From the IMG/VR virus record IMGVR_UViG_3300042863_002274: a stretch of DNA of 64,000 nucleotides; one strand, 5' to 3'. The position numbers and the translations under genes are program-made. The notes beneath the pieces are model-generated. The model was not told the origin of the DNA. It ran no database searches and was given only the letters and a program-made list of their open reading frames with translations. This stretch comes from a virus. Shown here piece by piece: positions 1 through 9,082 of this stretch (the first letter of the stretch is position 1; each line of letters starts with the position of its first letter).

Positions 1-15
1 GAGAAGGCATACCTG

Positions 16-3000
16 TTGCCTGTCGTGCCAAAGTTTGCCTTCATGGTCAAGCAGGCCCTAGACCCAATATTTGACTATCACGGCGTTGAGTCTTTTGTAG
101 ACGTGGATGGAATTGTAATGACGTCTGGCATCAGTTATGACTTAATTGATGCGGTAGATACGGCTGTTGATAACCTAAAAAAAAAGTCTATAAATCAAAA
201 TGACATCGAATGGAAAGCTGCTAGTTACCGACTTGGTCGTGCTATTGGTGGTCGTTTAACAAATAAACCAAATATTGGTGGAGGCCGTTCGGCCGGTCGA
301 TTCTTTACGTCAATTGGAGCAGAAGATTTTGACCCATTTAGTGCGCGTGATGCCAACCTAAACGGAATAGTCGGTGAAGGCTTATTCCTTCGTGGTGTTG
401 CTCTAGCCACTCCAGACCCAACACCGGATGGCCCTGGTTCAATACGCAACCCAAAACCATCCCGCGCTCAAGTACGCAAGCCTGAATCAGAGATTCTTGA
501 CCGAGCTGGAGACGGCAAAGTCAAGCCTGTCGGCTCAAAACTAAGTAGCGGAAAACTGTTTGACGTTCCACGCATAGACGACCCTGATGTAGATTCTGCG
601 ACAAAATACGGCTCCGCTGAGTCACAAAGAGACGAGCTTCAAGGCGTACTTGATGGTGCTTCAGACAAAGACCAAATAAAGAGACTAAAGCAAGCTATTG
701 CTGAACTCGATAAATACATGAAGAGTGTTGAAAAAACGGTCGAAGGGGACATGGAACGCGAAAAGCGTCCAACAAAACCCAAGGCACCACAGGTTCTCAA
801 CAGAGAAAACACTCAGCTTGCCAGAGGAATAAAGCCTCAGCGTATACCAATCGCTAGTCAATCGATGACAAGCGTAGAACGTTTCTCTTCTGGGAAACTT
901 CCCGACAAAGCTCAGCTTCCAGAAGGCTCCTCGCAGCTTAAAGAATTCTACGAAGCGATGGCAGAAGACGTAGTGAAGTTGCTCACGGAGTTAATGAACG
1001 ACCCAAATAAAGATAAAAACTGGAAACTTCCATGGCGTCGCCCTGAGCTTTATGCAAGAAACCCTACGCGCGGTCGCGTGTATCAAGGCATGAACCAGAT
1101 GACTCTTGGCTTGGTTGCAAAATCTCGCGGGTACGAACTTCCTCGATGGGCCGGAGAAGGTCAATGGAAAAAGCTTGGTGGAAAACTTAAGCCGGGTGGA
1201 CGAAAGATGGGCGTTTCTATTCTTGTTCCACGAGAAGGACGCACTTTCACAGACATAAACGGCAAGGAAGTCGTCGAGGGGCGCTACTACGAGGTACAAA
1301 CTGTTTATAACGTAGCCGAAGTAGCTGGCCTCCCAAAGAAATTTTATGAACCTATCGATGCGGACATAAATCAAGAAACAAGACTTGAAGATTTAGAAAA
1401 CGTTATTAAGGAAATTGGTCCTGATTTCGTAGAATCATTTGGTGAGGATGCTTTTTATCGCCCATCAACAGACAAGATTCACATGCCTGCTTTTGAACAG
1501 TTTGTTGATGCTACGGCTTTTTATGGGACAGCAATGCACGAAACCGTTCATTGGACCTCTCACCCAACACGCCTAAACAGAACTTTAGGTAAAGAATTTG
1601 GCGATGAACAATACGCATTTGAAGAACTAATCGCTGAGATAGGTTCAGCGTTCGCGTTGGGCGCAATGGGTATTGAGCCAACAATTAGAGACAATCACCT
1701 TGTTTATGTAGCAGGATGGTTGAAGAAACTGACAGCAGACCCACTTGCCTTGCATAGGGCAATACTTTCAGCCCAACAAGCAAACGACTTCTTGCTAGAC
1801 CGTTCCTCGACAATGCGAAGACTTGCTGGCATCCCGGACGATGAAAGAAAAGGCAAAGACAATGCGTGGCTCGAAGTGCCAATGCTTGCTGGATACGAAG
1901 ACTCTCCAAGAATCAAGCCGACAACAGGCGTAAGCGGCACAATGGAAGACATGCTGGACGTGGAGTTCCCGCAGGACTTCGCACCAGAGGCTAGAAGAAC
2001 GTCTACTGCGGAACGAGAGATGAGTTCTCTTTCACGAAACCTACCAACAAAGACCAAAGATGGAATCGTCATTACTCCGTCTGGAAGACTTTCTAGCGGT
2101 AGAGGCCCAATCAAGGGCAAAAACCCTAATGCGCCAGAAATAAAGCCCATAGATGAGACAGTAGCGCTCAGGCTTGCATTTGGTTTGTCAAACGAGCCAA
2201 CCGAAGAGCAGCGAGACATCATGGCGGTTGCCATGAATCTCATTAGAAACAAAGACCCGCGCATATTGTCTATTCTTGCAGGTGCTGGAACTGGTAAAAC
2301 CACAACGCTAAAGAGCATCGCATGGGGTCTGCAGAGAGAATTCGACCTATGGCCAGAAGGCGACCTTCGGAGACCAGAACAACTCAGATACCTTTCAGAT
2401 AGGTACGGCGTTGATTTCTCTGGCATGTCCGCGGAACAGGTTAAGGAATCTGTAGAAAAACTAGCTGAAGAAAAATCAATAAACAATCTTTACTATGCGG
2501 TATTTAACAAGAAAAATCAATTCGAAGCAGAATTGGAGTTTCCAAGAAATACCGGAGTATCAACAACCGACAAGATTTGGTACTGGTCACTAAAACTAGG
2601 ACAAGGCGACAAAAAATACGGAACAGGAATGCGCAGAAAAATGCAATTCGCATTGATTTCGCCTACTGACAGAAAAGTAAATAATCCCGGAGCCAAGAAT
2701 CCTAAATTCATCAGCGAAGCTCTAACTCCTGACGAACCAGAAAGACTATTGCCACAGCAGGTACGGGAGCTCTTTGATGGAACAACCGAGTCTTTTGATG
2801 GAATTGAACCAGGATACAGAAGTCTTGGTTGGACAAGATTAGATACTGGAAGTGATTGGAAAGAATTTTTAGATTTTGCAGACGAGAAGCGCTGGAAGGG
2901 TCAAGAAACTAGACCAACTTCTGTTCCCATCTTGGACGATAAGGGAAAACCAGTAAGAGACGCTAAGGGAAAAATTCAAACAACAATGGAAGATTCGTCT

Positions 3001-6000
3001 GGATTTATTCTTCCAGATGCGGGCTCAACATTTGTCAGTCGAGACCAATTCGGTGACCTTTTTAAAAATGCCCTTACTAGATGGAGTCTTTCAAAAGAAG
3101 AAAAAGCGTCAGCATGGATGTTTACGCAGCCCGCAATACTAACGCAAGAGCTAGATACGCCGCGCGGTTCTGGTAAGGACATCAGCCCTGTTGACACCAT
3201 TTTAGATGAAAAAGATATTCCGGCTCAATGGGTAGAAGCTTTGCAGGAAGCAATAGACAAATTTTCCGATGGGGATAGCAGTATGCTTCCACCAAGAGAT
3301 TCTGTCGCAAAACTGTGGATGCTTACGGAGCCAGACCTTCGCTCAGACCCGGGCTTGATAACGCATACCGAGTCTCAAGAGCGCAAAAAAACTATTCCAG
3401 ATAGCTACGCGGTTGGAGACACGTATGAGCTTGAAGGCGAAACATGGATAGTCAAAACAAGAAAAAAGAGTAAAGGCAAAAACGTTCAAGTTACTCTAAC
3501 CAAGAGAATGGCGACAGAAGAAAAACCACTCAGTGCATTTTTTGTTGACGAGGCGCAAGACTCAAATGAAATTCTTGAAACAGTGCTCGACAACAATAGA
3601 GCCAATCTTCCGATAGTTGTTGTTGGAGATGATAGACAAGCCGTTTATGCGTTTCGTAACGCGAAAAACATCCTTGAATCCCTAAACGCTGACTATGAAT
3701 TAACAATTACCGAATCTTTTAGATACGGAGAAGTAATTGGGCATTTAACGAACCTTGCCTTGGGTATGCAAAACCTTTACCTTGACAAACAGGGCGTCCC
3801 TCAGTTGCCATGGAAACACGTTAAAGGCAAAGCTCAGGTTGTAGTAAACAGACTGTTCGACCCATTGCTTCCTAAAAAAGATAGAAAAGGTCTGGAGCCG
3901 GTTGACGAAATCGACGATATGACTCGTGAGTTCCTTCTTAAGGACTTGGAAGAAAAGTTTTCAACTCCAGAAAAGCGTTTGAATTTCTCTGTACATACGG
4001 TTGGAAAGAAAGCTGGAGAAAAATTAACACGCAAAGAGCAAGATGATAAATTAAGAGAACTAAGAGACTCCATTCTTGAGCCAAAAGCGGGGAAGATAGT
4101 CGACAGGGTTGAGGAAGCAAATAAAGAAGTTCCAAATCTCCCAACCATGATTCTCTGCAGAACCAACGCAGAAATCATTAACGAAACTCTCAAGTTCATT
4201 AAACTTGTCGTCGATAGTCCAAATGCGAAAAAAGATGATAACGGGTTGCCAATTCTGCCAGAAGTAGTCATTCCTTTAAGCAAGCACGAAGAACTTCTAA
4301 AGTTTACGAGACATCTTGAGTACATCTTTATGCCTCAAGCAGAAAAAAGCAAGCGCGGTCTCCCCGAAGTATCGGGATGGATTGGACCCATCTTCGACCA
4401 GGGAGGACTGAAGAGAGTAATAAATCAGGCTTCAGGACAGCAGGCCAGAAGTGCATACAAACTAATAATGCAGGCCCCTCCTGGCGGCGGCGTGCCTCTT
4501 GGGATATCAGGAATGTTAACCCTTCTTCAGGGCAGACAGAAAATAGAAATAGATGCGAAAACCGGTAAAGAAAAAATTACTGTTATTCCTGCGTCAATTC
4601 TTCCAGAAAGAAAAAGCGTAACGCTTGAGAATTTCAGAATAGAACCAGAAGAAATTGACTCAATATCTAAATTTTCTAAAGCCGCATCCGCCCCTCAAGC
4701 TAAAGAATCTCAACTACAAAGAATTGTAATAATTCCTCCACCCAGCACCTCAACCGATGGTCGAGGTGCTGTATATGCTCAACTTGAAATTATAGGCGGA
4801 GACGAAAAGAAACCCGGAAAACCATCCGGACGCATTATCGTTACCGGTGACGGTGTGGATACCGGTAGACCACAAACACTCCCCGACGGCTCCGAAGCAA
4901 GAAACATACCTCCCAACCAAAGAGTAGGTAACGGTCGCTATAGAAGAGACCTCGAAAAGGTCATCTTGAATCTTGGTTTATCCGACAAGGTAAAGATAAT
5001 GCAAGACGCAGAGAGGGGCGGCCCGCGAGCCGGAGGAAAGCGCAGAGCGTTTGACGGATTTGTAATTGAGGGCGAAAACCTTGAAGAATCAACCAAAATA
5101 TTAAACGACATTGGCCAAGCAATGAGAGATTCGGCTCAAGGCCCTGGTGGAGACGTTGAGATTACGACCATTCAGCTTTCAAAAGGCCGAGAGTCAGATT
5201 TTGTTGCAGTAGCAGAAGACTTGGGAGACCCTAGCGATTCATTGGCTGCAAATATTCCACAAGGACAAGCAGGACTTGCCTTCATGGAGGAAACAAACCT
5301 CATCCATGTGGCGTTTTCTCGTGCGAAAAAAATGATTGACCCAGGTTGGAAGGGGTTCAAGTATTATCTCCACGACGAATCTACAAAAGACGTCAGGGCA
5401 GCAATCAAGAAAGCAGTACAGGACGGCCATATACCGCCAGAACTAGACAAGGGGGCCTTTGGAGACGAAGGCGGTATTCCTCTTCCTAAGTTCTATGCAG
5501 CATTAAACAAGATGAGTCCTGACGATATAGATGAAAATAATCTTCCAGACCGAGCAGCGCTTGATGAAAAAGAAATCGAAATTGACCCCGACCTCGTCTT
5601 TGACGTGGATAAGGATATTAACGATGTCGTTCGTGACCCAAGTGATTACGAATCAGAAGTAGACATAGATGACTTGATTGATGCGGACGAAATGGGAGAC
5701 GATTCTGATGGTCAGATGCGCCTCTCTAGCGGAACCTCAAACTTCCCTGGTCCTGGCCGCCGTCTGTCTAGAAGAATGGGCGTAAGAAGCAGTAGTCGCG
5801 TCACCCCTGGTGCCATAAGTGCTCAAGACCTTGCTGGAATAAGACTCTTTGGAGACCCCAATTCACCCAACAACCGCCGCAAGACGGATTATGCAATGCA
5901 GACGTGGGCTGGATTCAGGGAAAGAGGTATCGAAATAAATGCCGAAGGAAGAGAACAAACAAAAAACGCCATGAAAAAAGTCGGCGAAGCCATGAAGGCT

Positions 6001-7305
6001 CGTCAGAACAGGGTTCGGGTTGGGCGAGTTGGAGACAACTTGCGCAATGATAATCCTTCGGCGGAAACATGGATGCTCTCAGTAGACGCTCTCGCAGAGC
6101 AACTTCGCATTCCAGAAGATTTTAATGGCCAGGGCGAATCCCTTCGTTCTCGTTCTGCGACACGACAAGAGATAGCAAGTCTTTTGGGTTTGAGCGAAAT
6201 GGACAAGCAGAAGATTCAAAATTCCGATGCTGGAGTAAACCACGACGCAGTTCGTCTTTTGGTTGCTGAACTTGGAAATCAACCAGAGCTGGCAGGCTGG
6301 CGCTATTTTGCTCCGGTTTCAAGAGACGAAATCAGAAAGATAATTCCATCCCCAACAGGAGACACGGAAAGTATCACCCCCCAAGTGGACATGGCAATGG
6401 AGAATGCCGGTAGGGCAAACATGCGTGACCGTTTCATTATCGAAACGTTCGGCAAAGACGCCTTCCCTCATTGGTTCGACCAAGATGAAGAAGAAGCCAT
6501 TAGTCCAGCCGAGTACTCTCAATTGGGTGAGGTCGACGAGAGGGCGAAGTTCCGTGCAACAGGACGATTTGCCCCCGATGACCCATTTGAGGGCGACTCT
6601 GAAGCCGAAATTGACCTTTATGGACAAAGCTTTGACGAACTTGAGAATCCTCCATCCTTGTCTGCCGATGATGAAATAATCAAACTTGATAAAACAGATA
6701 AAAAAGACTTTGAGATTGAGCCTTTGCTTAAATATCTAGGAATAGATAAGAAAGAGTGGAGAACCAGACTTAGTGAAATTCTTTCTGAAAAGTTTGGAAC
6801 CGATAGTACTGGAGTCAACCCTGAGTGGGAAAAGCAGGGAATCCCAACCGCAACTATTGCTCACATGATTCGTAAAGGAGTCCTGCCAAATGCGGCAGAC
6901 GTCTGGAAGGACGGCAAGGCAGGGAAACTGTTTGACGAAGAGATGGAAAGACCCAAGTATGCGGTTTATGAAGCCCTTAACGAATTCATAGACAGAAGCT
7001 TCCCGAACAGCAGACTCAACAGCAAAGAAAACCGTAACAAAATAGTCGGCGCGACAGATATGGGTACCGCACTTCGCGATGCTGCTGCTGCAAAAGGTTC
7101 AGCCTGGAGTGCAAAGAAAGGCAACGAGCCAAGGTTCGCTGTTTCTGAAATGCAAACAATGGTTGACAGGTTTAACGAGATATTCGGAACGGACCATACT
7201 CTTGAAGACATTTTCAGCGCCGAGCAATTAAGAAACGCTAAAACCAGAATTGAAAACGGCGAAACGCTGTCAGGTAAAAAAAGAAAGCCAAAACAGGCTG
7301 ATTAA
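16..7305 (+). CDS. Giant polyvalent protein (5'-truncated): ArdC-like antirestriction module (ssDNA-binding N domain plus HExxH zincin), UvrD-like SF1 helicase and unknown domains, separated by [RK][LF]SSG
   Basis: Frame is open from base 1. ArdC-like motifs: WKLPW, NPTRGRVYQGMN, AFYRPSTDKIHMP, HETVH, YAFEELIAEIGSAF. SF1 motifs: AGAGTGKTT, VDEAQD, VGDDRQAVY, SFRYG, ILCRTN, TIQLSKGRE, NLIHVAFSRAK. Confidence 0.85.
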   Translation: MPVVPKFAFMVKQALDPIFDYHGVESFVDVDGIVMTSGISYDLIDAVDTAVDNLKKKSINQNDIEWKAASYRLGRAIGGRLTNKPNIGGGRSAGRFFTSIGAEDFDPFSARDANLNGIVGEGLFLRGVALATPDPTPDGPGSIRNPKPSRAQVRKPESEILDRAGDGKVKPVGSKLSSGKLFDVPRIDDPDVDSATKYGSAESQRDELQGVLDGASDKDQIKRLKQAIAELDKYMKSVEKTVEGDMEREKRPTKPKAPQVLNRENTQLARGIKPQRIPIASQSMTSVERFSSGKLPDKAQLPEGSSQLKEFYEAMAEDVVKLLTELMNDPNKDKNWKLPWRRPELYARNPTRGRVYQGMNQMTLGLVAKSRGYELPRWAGEGQWKKLGGKLKPGGRKMGVSILVPREGRTFTDINGKEVVEGRYYEVQTVYNVAEVAGLPKKFYEPIDADINQETRLEDLENVIKEIGPDFVESFGEDAFYRPSTDKIHMPAFEQFVDATAFYGTAMHETVHWTSHPTRLNRTLGKEFGDEQYAFEELIAEIGSAFALGAMGIEPTIRDNHLVYVAGWLKKLTADPLALHRAILSAQQANDFLLDRSSTMRRLAGIPDDERKGKDNAWLEVPMLAGYEDSPRIKPTTGVSGTMEDMLDVEFPQDFAPEARRTSTAEREMSSLSRNLPTKTKDGIVITPSGRLSSGRGPIKGKNPNAPEIKPIDETVALRLAFGLSNEPTEEQRDIMAVAMNLIRNKDPRILSILAGAGTGKTTTLKSIAWGLQREFDLWPEGDLRRPEQLRYLSDRYGVDFSGMSAEQVKESVEKLAEEKSINNLYYAVFNKKNQFEAELEFPRNTGVSTTDKIWYWSLKLGQGDKKYGTGMRRKMQFALISPTDRKVNNPGAKNPKFISEALTPDEPERLLPQQVRELFDGTTESFDGIEPGYRSLGWTRLDTGSDWKEFLDFADEKRWKGQETRPTSVPILDDKGKPVRDAKGKIQTTMEDSSGFILPDAGSTFVSRDQFGDLFKNALTRWSLSKEEKASAWMFTQPAILTQELDTPRGSGKDISPVDTILDEKDIPAQWVEALQEAIDKFSDGDSSMLPPRDSVAKLWMLTEPDLRSDPGLITHTESQERKKTIPDSYAVGDTYELEGETWIVKTRKKSKGKNVQVTLTKRMATEEKPLSAFFVDEAQDSNEILETVLDNNRANLPIVVVGDDRQAVYAFRNAKNILESLNADYELTITESFRYGEVIGHLTNLALGMQNLYLDKQGVPQLPWKHVKGKAQVVVNRLFDPLLPKKDRKGLEPVDEIDDMTREFLLKDLEEKFSTPEKRLNFSVHTVGKKAGEKLTRKEQDDKLRELRDSILEPKAGKIVDRVEEANKEVPNLPTMILCRTNAEIINETLKFIKLVVDSPNAKKDDNGLPILPEVVIPLSKHEELLKFTRHLEYIFMPQAEKSKRGLPEVSGWIGPIFDQGGLKRVINQASGQQARSAYKLIMQAPPGGGVPLGISGMLTLLQGRQKIEIDAKTGKEKITVIPASILPERKSVTLENFRIEPEEIDSISKFSKAASAPQAKESQLQRIVIIPPPSTSTDGRGAVYAQLEIIGGDEKKPGKPSGRIIVTGDGVDTGRPQTLPDGSEARNIPPNQRVGNGRYRRDLEKVILNLGLSDKVKIMQDAERGGPRAGGKRRAFDGFVIEGENLEESTKILNDIGQAMRDSAQGPGGDVEITTIQLSKGRESDFVAVAEDLGDPSDSLAANIPQGQAGLAFMEETNLIHVAFSRAKKMIDPGWKGFKYYLHDESTKDVRAAIKKAVQDGHIPPELDKGAFGDEGGIPLPKFYAALNKMSPDDIDENNLPDRAALDEKEIEIDPDLVFDVDKDINDVVRDPSDYESEVDIDDLIDADEMGDDSDGQMRLSSGTSNFPGPGRRLSRRMGVRSSSRVTPGAISAQDLAGIRLFGDPNSPNNRRKTDYAMQTWAGFRERGIEINAEGREQTKNAMKKVGEAMKARQNRVRVGRVGDNLRNDNPSAETWMLSVDALAEQLRIPEDFNGQGESLRSRSATRQEIASLLGLSEMDKQKIQNSDAGVNHDAVRLLVAELGNQPELAGWRYFAPVSRDEIRKIIPSPTGDTESITPQVDMAMENAGRANMRDRFIIETFGKDAFPHWFDQDEEEAISPAEYSQLGEVDERAKFRATGRFAPDDPFEGDSEAEIDLYGQSFDELENPPSLSADDEIIKLDKTDKKDFEIEPLLKYLGIDKKEWRTRLSEILSEKFGTDSTGVNPEWEKQGIPTATIAHMIRKGVLPNAADVWKDGKAGKLFDEEMERPKYAVYEALNEFIDRSFPNSRLNSKENRNKIVGATDMGTALRDAAAAKGSAWSAKKGNEPRFAVSEMQTMVDRFNEIFGTDHTLEDIFSAEQLRNAKTRIENGETLSGKKRKPKQAD

Positions 7306-7423
7306 AATTTAATTGAACTATCTACTGTTACCAATTCACGCACGTATAGCGTGATAGGTTATAATTAGAGACATTTAATGGTTAATGGTCTATCGGTCAT
7401 TCCTTTGCACTAATAGGAGTTGT

Positions 7424-9067
7424 ATGAATTACGACGAAAAAGTTACAGTAAGCATTGACGGAAACGGCGATGTGCTTAAGTGCGCCAAGGGTGCCTCTAC
7501 TTCCGAATGCGGATACGTCAAGGGTGCAGAGCTTTGCGGTAAGTGCGGCGCTATGCCGGTGGAAATGAAAATGGTTCCAGTAGTCGAACCCGCCGAAGAC
7601 GAAGACATGGAGAACACCGACGAGCCAATGACGGCTGCTCCTATGGCTAAGAAAATGAAAAAGAAAACGAATGGAGCACCTATTGCTATGGGTGACGAAT
7701 CCGACGAACCAGAAATGACCGAAGACGAAATGGCCGCTTTCATGCCAAAGAAGAAAAAGGGCATGGATGTACCCATGTTGGAAGAAGAAGACGAAGAGAA
7801 GATGATGGGCATGTATGCAATGCCTAAGAAGAAAAAAGGAATGGGCGTAGCTCTCCCCGTAATGGAAGAGGACGAAGAGGACGAAGAAATGAAGGGTATG
7901 GGAATAATGCCTGACGAAACTTACGCAGAAGACGAAGAAACGCCTTTGAAGAGAAAGAAAAAAGGCATGGGTGCATCCATGATGGATGACGAAGAAGAAG
8001 AAGAAGAAGTCTTGGACAAAGAAGACATGGCTGTAGAAGGCATGGACCCTGAAGATGAAGATGAAGATGATGAAGAAGAAGAAGAAGAAGAGGATGAAGA
8101 CGCAGAACTAGGTGTTAAGTCGTTTTCTGCTCGCGATTCTGAATGGGAAATGATTCGTCAGTCACGTATAAAGTCGCTTGGCCTCAAAGCTTCTGACGTT
8201 GGTGTTTCTGGTTATCTTTGTGCTCTTGAGCGTAAAGCTTATGGTGGTTCTTCTCCTGTTTGTGATGACTGCCCTGGCGGTTGTGTGTCCGAAAAAGGAA
8301 TGCCTGGAATTCTCCACGTTGAAGGAATGGCTGAAAAGATGTTCGACGGAGTCGTTGTAGATTCTGGATACTCGTCAGATGCAGACATGTTCGTAATTGA
8401 CGTGCAAGTTAAAGATGGTTCAATTAATGAAGTTTTCGTAGACGGAAGCAGCGCAGAAATGCTTGGATTCCACAAGCTTGACTCTTCAAGCTTTGAGCAG
8501 AAATCAGAAGTCGGTGCGTACACTCTTGTTGACTTCACGGAAGCAGCAGAAATAGCAGTTAAGTCAATTGACGGAACAGTTATCGCAGTAGAGCCTGACG
8601 TGTTCGAAGGTTTTGATGCTTACGCTGTAGAAATAGAAGGATTTGACGGCAAGTCCTACGATGTGTTCGTCGCACTAGACGGAGAAGTTCTCGGTTACGA
8701 CAAGTACGAAGCAGACGAGATTGAGGACATTGAAGCAGAGGCTGCAGAGATAGCTATCAAGCAAGCCTTTTCTGAAGAACGTCGTATGGAAATGGCCAAG
8801 GAAGGAACCGCTCTTGAAGACGGTTCATACCCAATCGCTACAGAGACTGACCTAAGAAACGCAATCCAAGCCTATGGCCGCGCAAAAGATAAAGAAGCAG
8901 CAAAGAAGCACATCATGAAGCGAGCTCAGGCGTTGAAGCTTGAAAGTCTTATTCCTGGTAACTGGTTAGCAGGTAGTGACGAAAAGAGTCAAGATGTTAG
9001 CGATGCAGAGTTCATGGCTTCCCTTGTTGAGTTTCAATTGCTTGAAGATTCAGTCGACGAAATCTAG
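7424..9067 (+). CDS. Acidic, Met-rich head-associated (scaffold-like) protein with two PepSY-like domains and a C-terminal phage head domain
   Basis: TAGGAG RBS before the ATG at 7424. Repeats of KKKKGM plus poly-E/D tracts. PepSY-like segment EAAEIAVKSIDGTVIAVE...YAVEI...YDVFVALDGEVL. C-terminal LEDGSYPI...LRNAIQAYGRA...HIMKRA motif. Confidence 0.6.
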   Translation: MNYDEKVTVSIDGNGDVLKCAKGASTSECGYVKGAELCGKCGAMPVEMKMVPVVEPAEDEDMENTDEPMTAAPMAKKMKKKTNGAPIAMGDESDEPEMTEDEMAAFMPKKKKGMDVPMLEEEDEEKMMGMYAMPKKKKGMGVALPVMEEDEEDEEMKGMGIMPDETYAEDEETPLKRKKKGMGASMMDDEEEEEEVLDKEDMAVEGMDPEDEDEDDEEEEEEEDEDAELGVKSFSARDSEWEMIRQSRIKSLGLKASDVGVSGYLCALERKAYGGSSPVCDDCPGGCVSEKGMPGILHVEGMAEKMFDGVVVDSGYSSDADMFVIDVQVKDGSINEVFVDGSSAEMLGFHKLDSSSFEQKSEVGAYTLVDFTEAAEIAVKSIDGTVIAVEPDVFEGFDAYAVEIEGFDGKSYDVFVALDGEVLGYDKYEADEIEDIEAEAAEIAIKQAFSEERRMEMAKEGTALEDGSYPIATETDLRNAIQAYGRAKDKEAAKKHIMKRAQALKLESLIPGNWLAGSDEKSQDVSDAEFMASLVEFQLLEDSVDEI

Positions 9068-9082
9068 GAAGGGAGCACCACC

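Noticed and set aside
7980-8100. GAA/GAT trinucleotide repeats
   Set aside because: They simply encode the poly-Glu/Asp tract of the protein.
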